Positions 9,656-12,183 of a DNA stretch of 12,183 nucleotides are shown here, piece after piece. A model generated the notes under the pieces. The model was not told the DNA's origin. It did no database searches and saw nothing but the letters and a program-made list of their open reading frames with translations. The DNA is from an uncultured Janthinobacterium sp. (GTDB lineage: Bacteria; Vulcanimicrobiota; Vulcanimicrobiia; Vulcanimicrobiales; Vulcanimicrobiaceae): the NCBI GenBank assembly GCA_964658025.1, contig CAZZXB010000085.1, forward strand, positions 1-12,183, read 5' to 3'. The position numbers and the translations under genes are program-made. Positions within the stretch are counted from its first letter, which is position 1. Each line of letters starts with the position of its first letter.

Positions 9656-9739
9656 TTCCCGAGACACGCCGGCATCGGGCGGGCTCGATCGAACTCGAAA
9701 CGCTCGGAGAGACCGCGGCTCGCGGTGCCCGAAAATCCG

Positions 9740-9745
9740 TACGAT
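9740..9745 (+). promoter_or_regulatory. Possible sigma70-type -10 hexamer (TACGAT)
   Basis: Matches TAnnnT and follows an A-run in the 165-bp intergenic gap. No convincing -35 element. Confidence 0.3.
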
Positions 9746-9780
9746 ACGACGGGCGACGGGTGAGGTCGTCGTAGAAGAGA

Positions 9781-9818
9781 CGCGTGGGATCGGCGACCGC
9801 CGATCGTCGCGCTTTTTT
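9781..9818 (+). terminator. Intrinsic terminator-like hairpin with U6 tract immediately before the next start codon
   Basis: GATCGGC (9788-9794), loop GACC, GCCGATC (9799-9805). A lower stem CGCG 9781-9784 / CGCG 9808-9811 follows an internal loop, then TTTTTT 9813-9818. Confidence 0.7.
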
Positions 9819-9820
9819 GG

Positions 9821-10747
9821 ATGGAGATCGTGAGAAGAGTCGCCCGAGTCGCGCACCTGACCTTCGCACTCGCGACCGCGTTCGCGGCATCGCACGCGGA
9901 TCGTGTCGCCGCCGCGCAACCGTCGCCGACGGCCGTCGGCGCGCCGACGCCGGCTCCGTCGACGACGCCGGTTCCGATCGCGTCTCCGGCGGCGGACGCG
10001 AAAGATCCGTGCGGCGGTTCCACGAGATTGCTCGCGACGCTGAACCGGCCGACCGTCGGATACAGCGCGTGCGCGGTTCCCCGCGGGGCCGTCGTGCTCG
10101 AAGAGGGCTATCAGAACCAATCGCAGGGCGGTACGTCGGCGAGCGTCACGACGACGTACCCGCAGGGGTTCGAGCGCGTCGGCATCGCCGATCGTTTCGA
10201 GCTCGACCTCATCGGACCGAATCTCAATCGCGTACGCGACCGAAGCGGCGCCGTCACGAGCGGCTTCAGCGATCTCGGTCTCGGATTCAAATACGAATTA
10301 CCGCCGGGCGGTCGCTTCACGTACGGCGTCGACGGCCTCTTCACGGCGGCCACGGGATCGGGCGGATTCGGCGCGGGCGGCCCGACGCAGACGCTCGACG
10401 TCGACGTCGCGTACGCGGCGAGTCCGGCGATCGGTTTCGGGACGACGCTTGCGGGCGCGTCGTCGGCGGGTTTCGACGCGAGCGGTCGCGGCGCGCGTTT
10501 CGGATATTTTCTTCCGTCGTTCGTCGTGACCGCGCAGATCCCCAACGCCTATCAATTCTACGCCGAACTCGTCGGCCAAACCAAACTCGCACCGGGCGGC
10601 GGCGGCCACGTCTTCAGCGATGCGGGCGTGCAGAAATTACTCGGACCCGATCTCGAGGTCGACGTCGAGTACGGCAGTAGCTACACGCCGATCGGCGGTT
10701 CGCGTTTCCAATACATCGGGACGGGCTTCGGCTTGCGCGTGAGATGA
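9821..10747 (+). CDS. Exported protein, probable outer-membrane beta-barrel 'transporter' (COG4313 / Phenol_MetA_deg-like)
   Basis: Signal-peptide-like N-terminus and Pro/Thr-rich linker. LNRPTVGYSACAVPRGAVVLEEGYQ and SGFSDLGLGFKY resemble family motifs, followed by alternating amphipathic strands ending YIGTGFGLRVR. Start is ATG 9821 or GTG 9830 (GGAG at 9823-9826). Confidence 0.72.
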   Translation: MEIVRRVARVAHLTFALATAFAASHADRVAAAQPSPTAVGAPTPAPSTTPVPIASPAADAKDPCGGSTRLLATLNRPTVGYSACAVPRGAVVLEEGYQNQSQGGTSASVTTTYPQGFERVGIADRFELDLIGPNLNRVRDRSGAVTSGFSDLGLGFKYELPPGGRFTYGVDGLFTAATGSGGFGAGGPTQTLDVDVAYAASPAIGFGTTLAGASSAGFDASGRGARFGYFLPSFVVTAQIPNAYQFYAELVGQTKLAPGGGGHVFSDAGVQKLLGPDLEVDVEYGSSYTPIGGSRFQYIGTGFGLRVR

Positions 10748-10786
10748 GTTCGCGCTTTCGCGCGCATCGCGCCGGGCGCCGTTCGC

Positions 10787-11878
10787 TCAGACGGCGTGCC
10801 GCCGTGCCCGGCGCTCCGCGACCGCGTTCGCGAGCGCGTCGAGTAGCGGCACCGTATCGTCCCACGCGATGCACGCATCGGTGATGCTCTGACCGTACGC
10901 GAGCTCGCGACCGGGCGTGCGATCCTGACGGCCGGCGACGAGATTCGACTCGATCATCGCGCCGACGATCCGATCGTCGCCGCCGGAGACCTGCGTCGAG
11001 ACGTCGGCGATCACGCCGAGTTGGTTCGCGTGTTGTTTGCGGCTGTTGCCGTGGCTCGCGTCGATCATCACGCGCGTCTCGAGTCCGGCGGCCGCGAGTT
11101 CCGTGCAGACCGCCGCGACGCTCGCCGCATCGTAGTTCGTCGTCTTCCCGCCGCGCAGGATCACGTGACAGTCGTCGTTGCCGCTCGTCTCGACGATCGC
11201 GGAACGGCCCTCTTTCGTCACCGAGAGAAAATGATGCGGACGGCTCGCCGCTAAGATCGCGTCGATCGCGATCTTGATGTTACCGTCGGTCCCGTTCTTG
11301 AATCCGACGGGGCACGAGAGCCCCGACGCGAGTTCGCGATGGACTTGCGATTCGGTCGTGCGCGCGCCGATCGCGCCCCACGCCGCGAGATCCGCGACGT
11401 ACTGCGGCGTGATCGTGTCGAGGAATTCGCATCCCGCCGGAAGTCCGAGCGCGCCGATGTCGAGCATGAGTTTGCGCGCCGTGCGCAAGCCGCGGTTGAT
11501 GTCGAAGCTCTCGTCCATGCCGGGATCGTTGATGAGTCCCTTCCATCCGACGGTCGTCCGCGGTTTTTCGAAGTAGACGCGCATGACGATCTCGAGATGC
11601 TCGGCGAGACGCACGCGCTCCGCGACGAGGCGCCGCGCGTAGTCGAGCGCGGCGTCGGTATCGTGGACCGAACACGGACCGACGATGACGACGAGCCGAT
11701 CGTCCTCGCGATGGAGGATGCGGTGGACGGCATCGCGCGAATCGTACACGAGATCCGCGACCGCGGTCGGCGTGGAAAACTCGCCGATCACGCGCGACGG
11801 AGGTGCGAGTTCGGTAATCGCACGAATGCGGACGTCGTCGATGGGAGACCGCGAGAGGGTCGGAAGCGATCGGTACAC
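10787..11878 (-). CDS. aroG: 3-deoxy-D-arabino-heptulosonate 7-phosphate (DAHP) synthase, class I alpha (AroG/AroF/AroH type), 363 aa
   Basis: DDVRIRAITELAPP, VGPCSVHD, MRVYFEKPRTTVGWKGLINDP, IGARTTESQVHRELASGLSCPVGFKNGTDG, IDASHGNS, MIESNLVAGRQ and YGQSITDACIAW. GTG at 11878 is the nearest canonical start upstream of the conserved DDxRI. Feedback specificity cannot be read from sequence, so the aroG symbol is nominal. Confidence 0.95.
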   Translation of the reverse strand: MYRSLPTLSRSPIDDVRIRAITELAPPSRVIGEFSTPTAVADLVYDSRDAVHRILHREDDRLVVIVGPCSVHDTDAALDYARRLVAERVRLAEHLEIVMRVYFEKPRTTVGWKGLINDPGMDESFDINRGLRTARKLMLDIGALGLPAGCEFLDTITPQYVADLAAWGAIGARTTESQVHRELASGLSCPVGFKNGTDGNIKIAIDAILAASRPHHFLSVTKEGRSAIVETSGNDDCHVILRGGKTTNYDAASVAAVCTELAAAGLETRVMIDASHGNSRKQHANQLGVIADVSTQVSGGDDRIVGAMIESNLVAGRQDRTPGRELAYGQSITDACIAWDDTVPLLDALANAVAERRARRHAV

Positions 11879-11879
11879 G

Positions 11880-12183
11880 ATGAGTCGTTTTTCGGCGCGA
11901 GGAGGCGACGCACCCGGCGGCGCGAGGTCGGCGCGTCTCGGCCGCATCGCGGCGATCGTCTCGCTGCTCACGGGCGCGCTGCACCTCGCCGTCGCGAATC
12001 GTTACGACGTCTTCCGCGACGAACTCTACTTCATCGTCTGCGGCCGCCATCCGCAGTTCGGCTATGTCGATCAGCCGCCGCTCGTCCCGCTCCTGGCGGC
12101 CGCGGGATACGCGCTCGGAGCGCAGACGTGGATCTTGCGGCTTCCGGCGGTGCTGGCGGCCGCGGCGCTCCCGTGGCTCGCGG
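11880..12183 (+). CDS. ArnT/PMT-like (GT-C fold, GT39/GT83-type) membrane glycosyltransferase, 3'-truncated by the window
   Basis: Not in the ORF track because it has no stop in the window. My translation from ATG 11880: MSRFSARGGDAPGGARSARLGRIAAIVSLLTGALHLAVANRYDVFRDELYFIVCGRHPQFGYVDQPPLVPLLAAAG...LRLPAVLA. A TM helix followed by the DE motif and GYVDQPP is characteristic. Confidence 0.88.
   Translation, partial: MSRFSARGGDAPGGARSARLGRIAAIVSLLTGALHLAVANRYDVFRDELYFIVCGRHPQFGYVDQPPLVPLLAAAGYALGAQTWILRLPAVLAAAALPWLA

Noticed and set aside
9703..9735. GGAGAGA-CCGCG-gct-CGCGG-TGCCCGAA resembles the start of a glycine riboswitch aptamer
   Set aside because: The following GAAGGAGCAA/GAAGAAG and CUCUCAGG elements are missing and there is no second aptamer. 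An Rfam scan would settle it.
9752..9790. GGCGA-initiated hairpin resembling a fluoride (crcB) riboswitch P1
   Set aside because: The conserved downstream UAAUGA/UGAUGA...CCUAC pseudoknot segment is absent.
10748..10786. Bidirectional terminator between the convergent transporter and aroG genes
   Set aside because: Only a 5-bp stem (cgcgc-tttc-gcgcg) is present, with no flanking U-tract on either strand.

Overview
High-GC bacterial chromosomal window (roughly 70% GC by eye, very CpG-rich; the style suggests a lineage such as Eremiobacterota/Vulcanimicrobiota, which is inference only). It is densely coding, and I see no mobile element, CRISPR array, rRNA or tRNA. On the + strand are (i) the 3' end of dnaX, ybaB/ebfC and recR, with a SUV3-family SF2 helicase overlapping the recR stop; (ii) a membrane protein / DUF4129 / DUF4350 / MoxR AAA+ / DUF58-VWA operon with an enoyl-CoA hydratase inserted between MoxR and DUF58; and (iii) an exported, outer-membrane beta-barrel-like 'transporter' behind a leader with terminator/antiterminator architecture. 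A type I-alpha DAHP synthase lies on the - strand, head-to-head (1 bp apart) with a truncated ArnT/PMT-like glycosyltransferase. The most notable signals are repeated NTGA stop/start overlaps that imply CTG initiation for recR, DUF4129 and DUF58; an 11-codon mini-ORF bridging ybaB and recR; the recR-coupled SUV3 helicase; the hydratase inside the MoxR/VWA membrane module; and the candidate attenuator. Family names come from motif recognition, not from database searches.
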